NCBI GenBank assembly: GCA_905178155.1
Contig: CAJINV010000002.1
Location: forward strand, 1,981,216-2,045,215
Length of the DNA: 64,000 nt
Direction of reading: 5' to 3'
Origin: Amoebophrya sp. A120
Lineage: Eukaryota; Protista; Dinoflagellata
Shown: positions 11,175 to 24,391 of the stretch, piece by piece
Position numbering within the stretch: the first letter of the stretch is position 1
Layout of the letters: every line of letters starts with the position of its first letter
The notes under the pieces: generated by a model
Seen by the model: the letters and a program-made list of their open reading frames with translations, nothing else
Database searches by the model: none
Told to the model about the DNA's origin: nothing
Translations under genes and position numbers: made by a program

Positions 11175-13786
11175 GGTTTGATGTGCTGGTAGTGTGAAGC
11201 AACGTAAGTTTTGGGGTTTTTTACGTCTACCACATGTAAGGTTACTACTTCTCGACAATCGAGAATGGCTCTAGGCGGGGTGAATATATTATGTGCTGTG
11301 GCCGCTAATGTACCAGATGAAATAGGGTATTTCAATTTAGATGAAAGTCAAAGTTCTCGCTTTCTTGAGTAACTACACGAAAATGCGGCGCACAGAATAC
11401 AATTGGTTCATCTTGCTGTTGCCGTAGTATATGCGTATGCCTACAGTTACTAGTGGGTAAAAAGTGGAAGAGGTCCTGCGACACCGGAGTATTGAAGAAG
11501 CATTGATGTGAAAGTGGAAGTGCACACCAGAGTCGCTATGATGTTGTCAAAAGGACGATCACGATGAGGACGAGAAATAACGTTCATGATTGTGGCCCCA
11601 GGTAGAGTCAGTTAATACCGTTACCGAGGGACGATAAGACCAAAAATTGAATAACAGTTCTCTTTTTGTTTCCCATACGAATCTCACACCGACCGAGCAT
11701 GTAGTTTAGTCCTTTTCATTCACGACTTTTCTTCACAAGAACGAGCTAGTAGTAGTACCATCTGACCGACTTTGAATTGAAGGAAGCCGAAGCTCCTGTG
11801 TACGCTTCACATTGTGTGTTATGGCAGAGGCGGACGGAGTTGCAAATCAGAGTAGAGGTGCAGATATTTTTTCGATTAATTTTAATTTTTCTGCATCTGC
11901 ATCTGCTTAAGTCACGACGTTGCAAGCAGGTCCTTTGGAGGTTTTTCTGGCGTTGTGGCGGAAGATTGGGCTAAAGATGCGTCGCGAGGACAACCTGAAC
12001 AAGGGGAGCAGCACCTTCCTGCCGCTGAAAACGAGCACGAGGAGAAGGACCTGAAGGTGTTCTCCTCGTCGACGACCCCAGGCCTAGTTCATCTTATTTT
12101 TGTACATTTTTATATTTTTTGTTTTTCCAAAAATAGCAGCAAAGAAAATAATGGAGGATAGTCGAACGATTCATCGCAAGTTGCCTCACGGTAAGCTGAT
12201 TACAACTACATCCGACACTCAGTAGAAACGACGACGCCGCCACCATTTGCAAAAAAAAAAAATATAACAACGCTCTCTTGCTGCCGATATTACATTTGTT
12301 GTTGTTGAGCTGCCAGATGAGCTATCTTGGTGGCGAGGTCTTTTGTATGCAAGGGCTACTTCGCATAGTAGAAATAGATTAAAAGACGCTCTTTCGAGTT
12401 GGGTCTTTATGTTAAACGCTTTTTTTTCAACATCTTGATTTCTTTGCGTTTCGCAGAAGCAGATTCAAAAATCTTACAACTACACGAAGACAAGAGGAAG
12501 AGACAACGACACAACATCATTAACAATCTCAATTCAAAGCAAGAAAAGGAAATAAGCTGAAGAAGAAACGTTAACGTTGACGCCGTTTTTGTTCGTAGGA
12601 TGATAAACGAAAGCTCTGGGGGTGGTCCATGTCAACCTTACTAGGAGCTAGAAGTATTCTAGGACTGACATTGGTCTTGAATTATGAAACAAAGAGATGA
12701 ATATATTGAAACGAAAAACCATCACAATTTGATGAGGCATGAAGATGTATCTGACTGTCGCAGCTTTCTTATTGATTCTCCTGCTCCTCGGGTGAACGAG
12801 AAATAAGAATGTTCATGTTGTCGACAATGAGTCACATCATCTGGTGCACCTTGGTGATGTCAGCTCTATTATACTTTCTTCAGGAACGGCGCACAGCGAA
12901 CTGATTCTTGGTATCAAAGTACTGTACATAGGCATAGATATTACAGGTGCAGCTCTGGTTCTTTGATAGAACGATGATGAGAGCCAAAGGCAGTGATGTT
13001 TATTTTTTTTTTACGAGATAGTACCAGACGAGCGAAATAAAAAAAGTAGCTCTACAACTATAATGTGTGGCACAACGTTGTCTTCTTCATCTTCTGCATC
13101 TTTGACTTTGTTTCCTGCTTCGAGTTGGAAATATTTTCATTTTGCGTTTATTCACGGGGCTCTCCTGCGGACGACCTACACAAAAAGAGCAGTTGTAGCT
13201 GCAGGGTTTGTTATTAATCTAGACAACTTTTATTGCGGTGTTGTTCGTACGCCAGCACACACAAATTGACGCATCTCAGCTCGTCACAAGGAGAAGCTCT
13301 AGCTCACACGCTTAAAAAACTGTCACCCTAGCTCACACGCTTGAAGACCTGTTACAGCCCGGCTTTGCAACCAAAGGGGGGCCGCGGCTTGATGTGTTTG
13401 CCGTTGCCCTTGCTCCTTCGCTAGAGTAATAAAATAAAAAAAAAACTACATCTTCCGGCGGGTTGTACTTCAATCTATCTTCATGCTTGTCGCGAAAAAA
13501 AAATACACATTCAAGAATGTTGTGTAGTTGTATAGTCTACCACAACATAGAAGATCCACGTAAAAACAATGGTCGGAGTCAGTGCTTTTCGTTTTCACGA
13601 ATCGTAGATTGATATTGAGTCTGTCTCGTCTAAGATTGTTTTTCTTTTTCTTGTCGTGTTGCTAGTTTTGAAAAAATTATACGGATTATACCTCGTAGTC
13701 CTGGTCGTCTCCTGCTCATGATAGTAGATGAAAATGCTCACCATGTCGATAGTACTTTATCTCCAGTACTTAACCTCCTGCTCACG

Positions 13787-16700
13787 TTATGTGCGATACA
13801 ACATTTCATCAATTCCGGATGACATCGACCCCGTGTCCGAGGCCCGCGCGTCGGACAAATACGACAGGGGTAAAGAGTATCCAGAAAAATATAACACCCA
13901 GCCTGATGCTGATCCATTTTTTGCATGACAAACACTGCTTTTGATGTAAGTATTTTTTGCATGACAGCACATGGGATCATGGGGAAGATGGGTGTAGAAG
14001 TTTTTTCCTGGATCATAAAGACTGGCCAGAGTAGTCGGAATCATCATTATCCTCTCCACTCATTTCGGATGACCCCGCTAGGGAAGACGATGCGTCATCT
14101 TGGTCGTGATCCTCGTCGGCATAAGAAGAACCTCCGTGATTTTCCCCGTCAGTGATGTTGTCCTCTTGATGGTGTTCAAGACTACCTCCGCTGTGGAAGC
14201 TCTCGTCCTCGCTAGAGGAGGATTCATAGACTGGATAAGAATTTTGGCTCCTTTTACTTTTCGATGAAGTTGTAGAAGCTGGTGGTGCACCTCCACCAGC
14301 TCCTGCTGGTGCTGCAGAAGACGATCCCCGACTTCTCGCCTCTCCACCTCCTGTATGAGCATTTTTGCTAGCCTCCTTCTCCTATGCGTTGCAAGTGTGT
14401 CTGGGTCTGGAAAAGTGGAACGTCGTGTGTTGTATGTTTCGAATTCCTAGAAATTTGTACTGCGCAGCCCGCAAGAAAGGCGCCACTTTTTCGTCATGAA
14501 AAAACGCAGTTTGATGTCATCCGTGCTAAGCATATCAGACGGCGTCATCAAGTTATAGACTTGTCATGCTGTTGGCTTCACTTCAGAGCGCCAGTCTTCT
14601 CCATGATACTTTAGCATCACAAGTTTCATCCAGACCCAGACATACTTTATTTGCATTTGATATCTCCTCCCTGAGCAGTCTCCTCAGTTTTTCTTTTGCC
14701 GCTTGCCGCTCCATCTCCGTCTTCTTAAACCCCAGAAGTCGGTCGAGTAATTCGCTATCTGCGGCGGAGCCGGAGGATATGAGAGTGCACAACTCCACCT
14801 CCCCCTCATAGATTTGTATGGCATAAGCAGCAATAGCAATACAAACACCAGCACGCGTGGAGCCTGTGCAGCTCTGGCGAATTCACGCGCCTAGCGTAGT
14901 ACTGTTTGGGCTTCCGGAATCTGTCATGCAGAGAGTGCCACAAAGCAGCAGCAGTACTTGCATTCGGGGTTTTACATGACAAATGAGGGAGAGGGGGGGG
15001 CTGTGCACTCTCATAGAGGCCAGAGAGAGTTGAGACCCGGCCTGGTGCTGCTGCTCTGGGGACCGGGTAGGTGCGTGGTCTTCAGGGACTTTTTTCTGGA
15101 CCCGATTTTTGGCAGGAGGTTCTTGCTCATCACGACGGTCGCGTTCGTTGCTGCTCTTCCTTTCTCCATTGATTTCCAGATCCTGGTCCTGTAACTGCTG
15201 CAATGTCATCACTTGCTTCGTGGAGGAAGCCTCTTTTGCAGCGCTGCTGTCCTTTTCCTTTTGTTTCAAGGCAGAATGTTGATGCTGTTGCAGAGGAGGA
15301 GATCCACGCGGTTCTTGCCAAGGAGATGAAGATTTGTTCTTGGGCGCAGTACTTTTTGGCGAAAGATGTCTACTCTCTTGCGGGCCGACGTCGTGCTGTT
15401 GTGGCCAAGCACCTGTTTCTGACGTGAACGCTGGCGCACGATCTACTTCCTGCACGACATCATGTTGCGGTTGCCTCGTTCGCTGTTTGGATTTGTAGGA
15501 CGAGCCCCGACTGTCGCTTTCTTTACTATGCTGAAAAGAGCCTGCCTTCGCACCACCGTGGTTTAACTCAGTAATCGATCCGGTCACCAAGCTCGCGTCA
15601 TGATGATGTCGCTTTTGGTGGTGACTAGCACCAGCGGGGCCATGGTTATATGATCGCGGTAACGCGCGGGTGTCGTTCAATCGCTCGGAATACACGTCCT
15701 CTGCCGCTGGTACTACAGCTTTTATTTGTGGTCCACAATTCATCTTCTCGACCATCTGTCCAGCACTTCTACCGCCGTGTTTGGAAGTCGACGATGAGTT
15801 GTGCTTGTGATTATGTTTCATGATCTTCTCCTGCTGTTGTTCACCACCAGCACGACCACCGCCCGCTGCAGCCACAATTTGTTGTTCTAGCCGCAGCTTG
15901 TCCCCTGCGTTCGCAAGTTTGCTGTCACTGTGGCGGCGAGTTTTCTTCCTGCCCTCACAACTGCTTGAGGTTGCGGTTGTGCTTGTGTCGGCCGCCGAAG
16001 ATAAATTCTCCGTAGGTCGCACCTGCTCGGAAAGCTGGCGCCTCGGTAGTAAGCCGTCATCCGGGATGAAAGAAGAATTGCTTGGGCCGAAGTGGGGCGA
16101 GGCAGCGGCGCTTGCTGCAGGAGATGTTACACTTGCACTGGAAGTTGCTGTTGTAGTACCTCTTTTGTTCGTCTGCGCTGCACCAGAAGATGACGCTCCC
16201 ACGACCGGTGCCCCCGCTGCACGACCTGCTTCGTTGACGTCGAAAAAATCCTCTTCCGCAGTAGACGCTTGTTCCTTCTGCTTCTGTAATATTTCCAGTC
16301 GGGCACCGAGCTGCACGTGGAGAGGGACCTTGTTCTCCAGTTCGTGCTGCTCCAGGTTATTTGGAGATGTCGACTTCTTAGAGTTCTTTTTCAGCAATCC
16401 ACGACTTGAAGAAGAACTACCTCCTGGATGCTCCTCGGCGGACTTCTTCGGTGAACCAGCAAAACTTCTTCCGGGGGAACTGCCTTGAATCGACTTTATG
16501 TCACCACCACCGGGCGAAGCTGCTCCTGGGCTACTTGCAGCTTCCCCACAAGAACCTCGGCCCCCCGCTGCGGCGGAGGTGGCCGCTCGTTTTTTCCGTT
16601 TCAATACGACGCTCGGCAATGCGTTCATCTGACGAGTCAGTGTGGCATGTTCGTCTTCGGTAGTAGCGGTGCTATTCGACGTGATGGGTAGTGCAGGCTG

Positions 16701-19700
16701 TTGTAGAGAAGTAGGTGCACCAGGATCAAGCAGGATTTCCTGGAACTCCCTGCTCAGTGCTTCCACCTCCGGGTCGTCTTTCGGGCTACCTCTGTTGGAC
16801 TTGATGGCGTTCTTGGAGGTTTGTTCCAATAGCGCAGCAGTAGTTGCAGCTGCCTGCGGACCTCCACCTCCGACTTTGTCTCTGTCGTCGGAAATTCCCA
16901 AATCCGCTAGCTGCTGAATCAACTCGTCGGACTCAACACGCGGCTTGCTGCTCTGGGGGCTCGACAGGCCTGGGCTGTTTTGTAGAAGTCCTAGGTCTTG
17001 TAGTAGTTCCGCCTCAACAACGCCTTTACTGCTCGTAGTACCAGGAGCTGCAGCAGCTCCAGGATCGGCAGGGCCACGAAGCAGAACATCAATGTCATCG
17101 TCCTGTTTAATAGGAGGCAGCTCCTGTTTAATCTGTGCCTTCTGCTCCTGCGGATCGACCACATCAGCATCAGCAGCTTCACTGCAATAATACGACGATC
17201 CGCCGGCAGCAGCACTACTGGAGGTGGCTTGTAGATCGAAGCTTTGCGGCTTGCTTGATGTTCCTGCTCCTGCACGGTGCAAAGTTTTATATTGCTTCAA
17301 GGCACCCAGCAGCAGATTGTGTGCGTCAGAAGATTTGTGGTAATGCTGGTGACGACTGTCCGGGTTATTTTTTATCGACGTCCCACTTCCCGTTGGCCCG
17401 TCGAGATTGCCACCCGCGATTACCAGCTCGGATATCGAAGGTTCGTCTTCTTCGAGCGGGTTCATCTTGGGACTTAACGCTGAAGTAGGAACCATCTGTG
17501 GTTGTACGTCTCCTTCTCCCTGCAGCTCCTCGAGCTCGTTCGGACTGTGGGCGGCCGCCCTTCCAGGCTCGGTATGGAACCGCGTGTGGTTACTTCTCGC
17601 AGGTTATCAACTGTAAAAATGTCTGGGTCTGGGAGATATCAAGATCGGTCATGCATATTTTGCATGATCCATAATGCCTGGAATGCATGGCCTAGCATCA
17701 CAGATTGTTAGAGCGCTTGTTCCTCATGCCTATTCCGCATGACAAATGCCCTTTCCGCGTAGCACAAAATGGAGTCCTCTTGCTGGTCATGCAATACAAA
17801 TTTTTTTAGAATCCAGAGACAGCATCACAAGTTCCAACCTTCCTCCAGACCCAGACACTTTTACATTTGATACAGGTGGCCGAGCTCTCCCTTGCATCCA
17901 ACTTGAGCCCTCCCCGCGAGGACCTCCTGAGAGCTGCCTGTGCATGGGACCATCGCTGATGTCTATCTTCTCCTTCATGTTGTCGTGTTCAGCCGGCGCC
18001 GCCCGGTCATTTGTTCTTTCAGAAGATGCCGGCTGGTGCCGGTTCTGTGCCTCCGCGGCCTGGCAATCTGACAGTTTGCTCGCCTTCTTACGAGATGTGC
18101 TATTCGGGCTATCAGTAGAAGAAGTATTTGTAGTGCTGTTCTTCGCACACGCACCCTCGGCACTGTTCCTTTTCGTCTGCGCTGACACGGGATCTGAAGA
18201 TTTTGAAGATGCGGATCTAGTATTCGCATGATTCGCTCCAGGATGATCATTCGCGTTTGCATTGCTCCCTCCGCGTCCGCCTGAGGCGGGCCTGCCAGCA
18301 GTACCGAGCAGTCTCCCGGCCGCAGCCGCCGCGGCGGTGGAAGATTTACTGGAAGATGCGACCGCTGGAGCCGCACCTTTCGCACTACACGAAGAAGAAC
18401 TGGATGTAGTTCCAGGAGCTCCTCTTGCCCCACGCGTGGAAGACCCGCTGCTTCCGGTCGGCTTTGTCCGGGGTCGGTTTTTTTCACTTTTCTGGGCAGA
18501 AGTTTTATTCCCATCACTGGTCGTGGAAGTACCGGCTTTACTAGATGACAAAAGCTCGGACGATTTCGTAGAGGATCTCGAGGTGGACCCGCTGAGATTA
18601 CTAGTAGAGGTGGCTGCAGTTGTTACACCAGTCGGCCGAGGGAAGGTAGAGGAAGAAGATCTTTCCGAATGAGTAAAAGAAGAAGAGCCTCCTGCAACTT
18701 GAGGAGCTCCACCTCCCGCAGCTCCTTCTGTAAGGAAGGAAGCAAAACTTTGATGCACCTCCGTGACCTCGGCAGTTACGGGTCTGGAAATATCTTTAGG
18801 AGTATGAGCAGAAGTTCTCGCGTCGGCACCTGCATCTTCTCCTTCTTTCTTCTTAAGACGCAGAGCATTCACGAATTGGCGGAGATTGTCCGTTCTTACG
18901 CTCTCCGTGTCGCTGTCAGCGTCATCTTCCGAAGAGTTTTCTGTTCGAGTTTGTTCCCGCCGGCTGGTTTTCTTGCTGCCACTTCGACTGCTGGTGCGTC
19001 CCCGGTCGCTGGTGTCGTCTTGAGACCGTTGACGTTGAGCATCAGGTTTTTGCTTATGCTTGGCATGCACATGCTTCACTTCTTCCGTAGGTTTTTTGCG
19101 TTCTTTGTTAATTTTGTTTTTCTTAATCTCCTCTTCCCCCCCAGATGAATCACTGCTGCAACCCGACGCGCAGCTACTATTGTCGTCGTCGTTGGCACCT
19201 CCACCAGCACGACCGGCCGCTGTATCAGAGTTGTAGTTGCTCGTCATGCCCTGAATCATACTGCTCATGTCCATCACCGACATTCCAGTGCCAGAAGTAC
19301 TTCCGCCGCGAAGCAGCCTTTGCAAGTCAAATCCCTCAGCCTCGGAGGAAGTATCCGAGTCCACGATGCTGTTATTACAACTACTCGCGCAAAACGACTG
19401 CCGATCGTCTTCCCATTTGTGCCTTCTAGAAGAACTAGAACCGGATGTCTTGGTGTGATGCGCACCAGCCTGCTTATTTTTGCTAGTTGTGCCATCGGCT
19501 GGTTTTTTGTGATGATGTCCACCACCAGCATGATGAGCTGGCTTCTTTTCCTCCAAAACTAGTTTCTTTTCCTTTTGTTCCTGCAACGATGACACGGCGG
19601 CTTTATTTTCCGCGGAAATACTTCCGTGCCGCTTGTACAGAGCTGAAAAAGTCCCCGACGTCGCTTGGGCCGCCCGTCGCTGCGCGGCTGAAGATGCGGC

Positions 19701-21934
19701 GGTAGAGTTCGAGGCATTAGAGCAGCTTCTAGCACCGTAAGAATGGGGTCTACTCGAGGAGCCTGCTGCAGATGATGGGGAGGACCCGGTCGTGGTCAAC
19801 ATGTAGTTCATAGCGTCGTCGTCAACTTCACAACCGTTGTCTCCATCGTCACTGACCGACGCCGCAACCGAGCGCGCATCCGACCCCTTGTAGTAGCGCG
19901 GCGCGTCATCCCCCAGTCCGCGAACAGAGCCCTGGTAGGACCCACGCTGCGAAGAACTCGCGCCAGAAGTTCCACTTATTTCAGAGGACATGTCGCTCTC
20001 GTTATCGCTCTCGTTGTCCTCGCTGCCAGAAGAGGAAGACGAAGAAGATGAATTCGGTCCCAGTACGTCATTCGCTCCGGACCCATCGCCATTGTCCGGC
20101 GGTCCTAACCCATCCACTTCCATGAAGCCATTCACGTTCGCTTTCGGGATTATCTGGCTCTCCTGCGATGATGAATCCTGTTGTTTATTGTCAGCTGCAC
20201 TTCTGGCGGCAGTAGGAACAATTTGGCCTGTAGTTGCTTCTTGTTCAACATGCTGCTCTTGTTGTTGTTTCTTCATCACCATCTCCTGTTGTTCCACCAT
20301 CTTCGCAGCACTTGCCGCGGCTCTTTGTTGCTGTTGAAAAATTTCGTCCGCGCTTTTACTCCAGTCAGACCCGGCGCTGCTGTACTTGTCTGGGGACGTC
20401 TTTTTATCATTGTCGTCCAGATATGAAATGCAAAAGCATCGTACTAGTATAAATCGCATGACAAATTGCCTCCGCATGAGAAATGAAATTTGTAATGCGG
20501 ATTTAACTTCAGAAAGAAATTTGTAATGCAAGACTTGCATTTATACGAATACGATACTTTTGCACAGGATACCAGATCCGCGCCCTCGGATTTCACGGAC
20601 ATAAAATTCTCCGGAGCGACCTTTCTCAAATCTATGCAAGACAAAAAGTGCGTATAGTGTAAACTCTGTCATGCAGAACATGCAAAAGAGTTACGCCTGT
20701 CATGCCAGACAACCATGAAGTCCTCTTTTCAATTGCGTTTTCCCTTACAAGCCACGCATGAGAGGTTTTCTCTTTCATGCAGAGCCAGAGCCAGAGCCAG
20801 AGCAAACTTGTGTTGCTGTTCCTCCAAGAAAGTTGCACTTACACACTTTTTTTCCTGGATAAAATCCGTGCTCACTTTAATCCTCCCGGGGGTAGAGTCC
20901 CGACTTCGTTTTCCACTGGAGGATGTGCCGCCGGTTAAGGTTCGAGGGTGGAGTAACGCTTGCTTTGTAAGAACCGTTTCTTCATCTGCTGGTGCAGCGC
21001 TCTCGTGCGGCGCGTCGGTGGTTGTGTCGTGGTCTTTATCTTGTACGGCAGCAGCGACACCATGCAGCTCCGCACCACCTTTAGTAGGTTCTTGGGTCCT
21101 ACTTGCTTCATCCCCGCCAGGGAAGTAGAACTTCTGCGGCTCATCCGGAGTAAACTGCACAGCTCCTGCTCCTGCCGAGGAGCTTGATGCCGCTTTACTT
21201 CGTTCTTCATCAAAGTCGGCAAATAGGGCACTATCCACCGCGGATTCTCCGCTTGGGATGGGAAATAAGTGACGAAATTGCTGTAGTTCCTGATCGACGT
21301 GGTCGTGGTCGACACTTTGCTTCTGATGTTCATCTGCAGCAGAGGTGGAAGAAGATGAACGCATATACATTTGAGTCGGTGGATGTCCTATCGCCGCGCC
21401 GTCGAGCAGTTTTGGATCCTCAGACATCTTCTTTTTTCCGCGGTACTGGTGCCCTCCTTCCAAAACATTGTGATTGCCTTCGAGGTGATCATAGACCACA
21501 TCTGCGCTTGCTTTGCCGATGGTTCCTGGGGGCACGACGACTTTGGTGCCGCTACTAGGTTTATTATTTCCGGAGGATGACGACGAGGAAAGAGTAGAAA
21601 CGCCTGCTGCAGCTGCAGTGCCAGCTGCAGCTCGCGCTGCATCGGAGGTGTTGAGCAGTTGCCCACCTCCTCCTCCTTCTTCTGCCGTGGAGGGAAATAA
21701 TGGCCCTTGAAAGGGTTCTTGTACCGCGGCTACGTCTTGTTGACCTGCTCCGCGGGAAGACGAGGGCGACCCCAAGGAAGAGCTGGGAGAGCCAGGAAGA
21801 TGCGAAAGTTCTTGCTCTTGATTGTGGCTTGAGGAAGACAAGGAGGACGAGGCCGTGGTAGATCTGTTATTCGTGGAAGTACCTCCCCACGAGAAGGTAC
21901 TGGTGAAAATCTTTGCCAACCGTTTGCTGGCCAT
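13787..21934 (-). CDS. Gene C, 7-exon large Ser/Gly/Ala-rich, probably disordered hypothetical protein (MASKRLAKIF...)
   Basis: ORFs 20729-21934, 20444-20644, 17787-20540, 14883-17495, 14583-14798, an open exon at 14018-14382 and a last exon ending at 13787 join in frame after removing 6 TIR elements. Confidence 0.82.
13878..14017. mobile_element. Introner, family 5 (diverged)
   Basis: tatccagaaaaata...ttttttcctggatcata; TSD aagag/aagac. Confidence 0.75.
14383..14662. mobile_element. Introner, family 1
   Basis: tatgcgttgcaagtgtgtctgggtctgga...tccagacccagaca...gcatttgata; perfect TSD tctcc. Confidence 0.9.
14778..15015. mobile_element. Introner, family 4
   Basis: TIR tatgagagtgcaca; TSD gagga/gaggc; homologous to 950-1172. 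Confidence 0.92.
17605..17872. mobile_element. Introner, family 1
   Basis: tatcaactgtaaaaatgtctgggtctgg...ttttacatttgata; perfect TSD caggt. Confidence 0.95.
20422..20571. mobile_element. Introner, family 2
   Basis: tatgaaatgcaaaagcatcgta...tacgatacttttgcacaggata; perfect TSD ccaga. Confidence 0.93.
20633..20861. mobile_element. Introner, family 6 (opposite orientation to 8891-9102)
   Basis: Reverse complement matches 8891-9102; perfect TSD aaatc. Confidence 0.93.
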
Positions 21935-22866
21935 CTTGTCGCAGAAGTTGTCGCTCGTTATCGTTTCCTTGTTTTTCGCTTTTATTTTTGAAAAAATGAT
22001 ATAAGGCTGCCCGAAGGCGAGCTTGGTAATGGTGATAGTGATACGTCTTTTAAGTACATTTTAATGTCGACCATGTTGTCTTCTTCTTTACGCGTAGAAA
22101 ATACAGCTCGCGTCCGGCGCAGTATTATAGCCTTTGTAAGTCCCGCATGTAGCTTTCTTGCTCTTCAGTGACACTGAAGACTACTCGTCGTGAAGACACG
22201 GAAGAGGACTTCTACTGCCACACATCGGGAAAAAGGAAAATAAGATGGCGCGAAGCGGACACATTTTACTGGAGAAGCAGAAATATTTGCTACCTTACTG
22301 GTACAAAAGGGTATTTTTTGGTTTTTTTTGTAAAGGTCGTCGTTGAAAAAATCTAAAATGTACAGAGGGCCTATTTTTTTTTGAGTTTGTCTTGGTGCAG
22401 CGGAGCACAAACCTATCGGAAGTCTTGTTTTGAGTTAAGTAGACTTCCAAGGAAGCGCATCATCTGCTGTAAAAAAAAATGGAAGAGAGCAAAAGACGTG
22501 CATTTTGTGGGAAGAAGAAAAAAGTAGATCAAGATCTTCATTTTGTGACGCAAGAGCCAAAATGGGGAAGAATTCAGGAAGAGAGCGGCTGCAGCTGCAC
22601 AAGGTCGATTGCAGAGCTCCAACTGCATCAACGCAGGAGCATTGGCTCGTGTGGACGTACTAGTCGCAAACGCAATGTTTAATGTTTTTTTTTTTTTTCG
22701 CCGCTGCCGGTGATGCGGTGCGCGCAGAACGCTGTTATGGTAATGCTTCGTTTTGAAGTTCCTGTACATGTTGTAAATTCATGTGCATTCTTCATTCTCG
22801 TCCTTCGTTCTGCTTTAACACCGCTCTACTGATTTCCGGTTTTCAAGAACTGGTGGCGAAAAGAGC

Positions 22867-22999
22867 TATGCGACGCAAAAAGATCTCGATTTTGCACCAA
22901 TAACAATCCAAAAGCGCTGCCAAAAAGCAAAGGAGGACTTTATGCAAATTTGTCATGCAAGGCGCTATTGGTGCAATGCGAGATTTTTTCACTTTGATA
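22867..22999. mobile_element. Introner-like TIR element inside an apparently captured gene fragment
   Basis: tatgcgacgcaaaaagatctcgattttgcaccaata pairs with tattggtgcaatgcgagattttttcactttgata; internal ttgtcatgca; no clear TSD. Confidence 0.6.
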
Positions 23000-23499
23000 C
23001 GCGACACGGAAGACGCTCCGCTCTTCCTTCTCCCACTACTTCTCGTTTCGAAATCCGCTTTGAAGCGACAGTTGTTGTGAAGTGGTTTGACGGCTTTTTA
23101 CTCTCGTTTGATTTTTCTTTCGCGGCAGAAGGGAACAGAGTGTCAGTGTCTATCTTGAATCCCGGAAAACCACTGATCCCTGCTGGACTTGCGAGCCATT
23201 GCATTTAGCTTGTCTATTTTTGACTTGAGGAGAATGCGGTGATTGATGTTTTACTACGATTTTTTTTTTGTTGAGAATGTGTCATGTGTGTTACTGAGTG
23301 CTATGCGGACTGGATTGTACAGGTATTTTTTCCAATTTTTATGACACGGGATGCACAATGAACCACGACGCTTCTGCATTATTGTTAATCTAGATCTTCA
23401 AAATATGAATTTGAAGACACTGCCCCATAGACTGGGCGCATTGCTAGAATTTTCGATAAAAAGTCTTGGTCATCTGACATAAGCTCTTCCTCGAAGAAT

Positions 23500-23924
23500 A
23501 GGCCTGGAGCGGCGAGCAAACAATCCTTCAGGCGATTCCCTATCGTGGAGGACACGGCGACATCATTTGCCCTGTTGATCAGAGGCCGTAAAATTGGATT
23601 GAGCGCGCGATCTACTAAACTATTAAAAATAAACATCACCTTGCCCTGCAGTCGCTGGGCCTGATGTTGATGCAGTTCGCCCGCGGCCAACGCGGCATCA
23701 ATGAGAGCGGACACTTGTGCTTTTCTCTTCTCCGAGATGTAGAAGCACGGGATCGGGCCGCTGAAGCCGAAAACCAGACCGAGAACTTCGACTACTTCTC
23801 CAAGCTGAATCTTGTGCCGCGCGTAGGGGACCCCCAGCTCATCGAGGAATAGGAGGAAACACTGGAGGACCGACTGCGCCAACACCTTTGGCGCTAGTAG
23901 AGTGTTGTCGTCGACATACACCTC
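23500..23924 (-). pseudogene. Reverse transcriptase fragment, DIRS/Ngaro-like
   Basis: EVYVDDNTLL...LDELGVPYARHK...VEVLGLVF...AQRLQGKVMF matches the YxDD motif, RT domains 6-7 and a DIRS-type thumb; the N-terminal RT half is absent. Left boundary approximate. Confidence 0.7.
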
Positions 23925-24391
23925 TGTAAATTCATGTGCATTCATTCTCGTCCTTCGTTCTGCTTTATTTCGTTTCATAACCATGTCAGTAACTCACGCG
24001 GATGCAAAATTTGGCCTTGGCGCTGCAATGTTTTCTCAGACCACCTAGGGCAAAATGTAACGTGCTTGGTATAATTCCGATATAAATTCATATGCGCTAC
24101 AACGTATATCTAAATCTTATTCTAACATGGACGTCCGTGTTATCATATTTGAACGCCGTCAGTATCTGTGTTCTGTGTGATTATAGTACTTAACGCAAAG
24201 TGGTACAACTAGAAACATGTTTTAGACGTAGTCATTCTTCCAGTCATCAATTTAGATTTACAAGAATCGGCGTGGTCGTGACCACAGCCTTTTTTCTTTA
24301 GCTCATGGTTGTGTTGCGCAGCCGCGTCTATGAACAAAGTAGGGCTCAGCTTGAATATACACACGTTTTATCTTGTTCCTCTACTACTCTT

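Noticed and set aside
13299-13342. Short direct repeat ctagctcacacgctt
   Set aside because: Only two copies and no associated structure.
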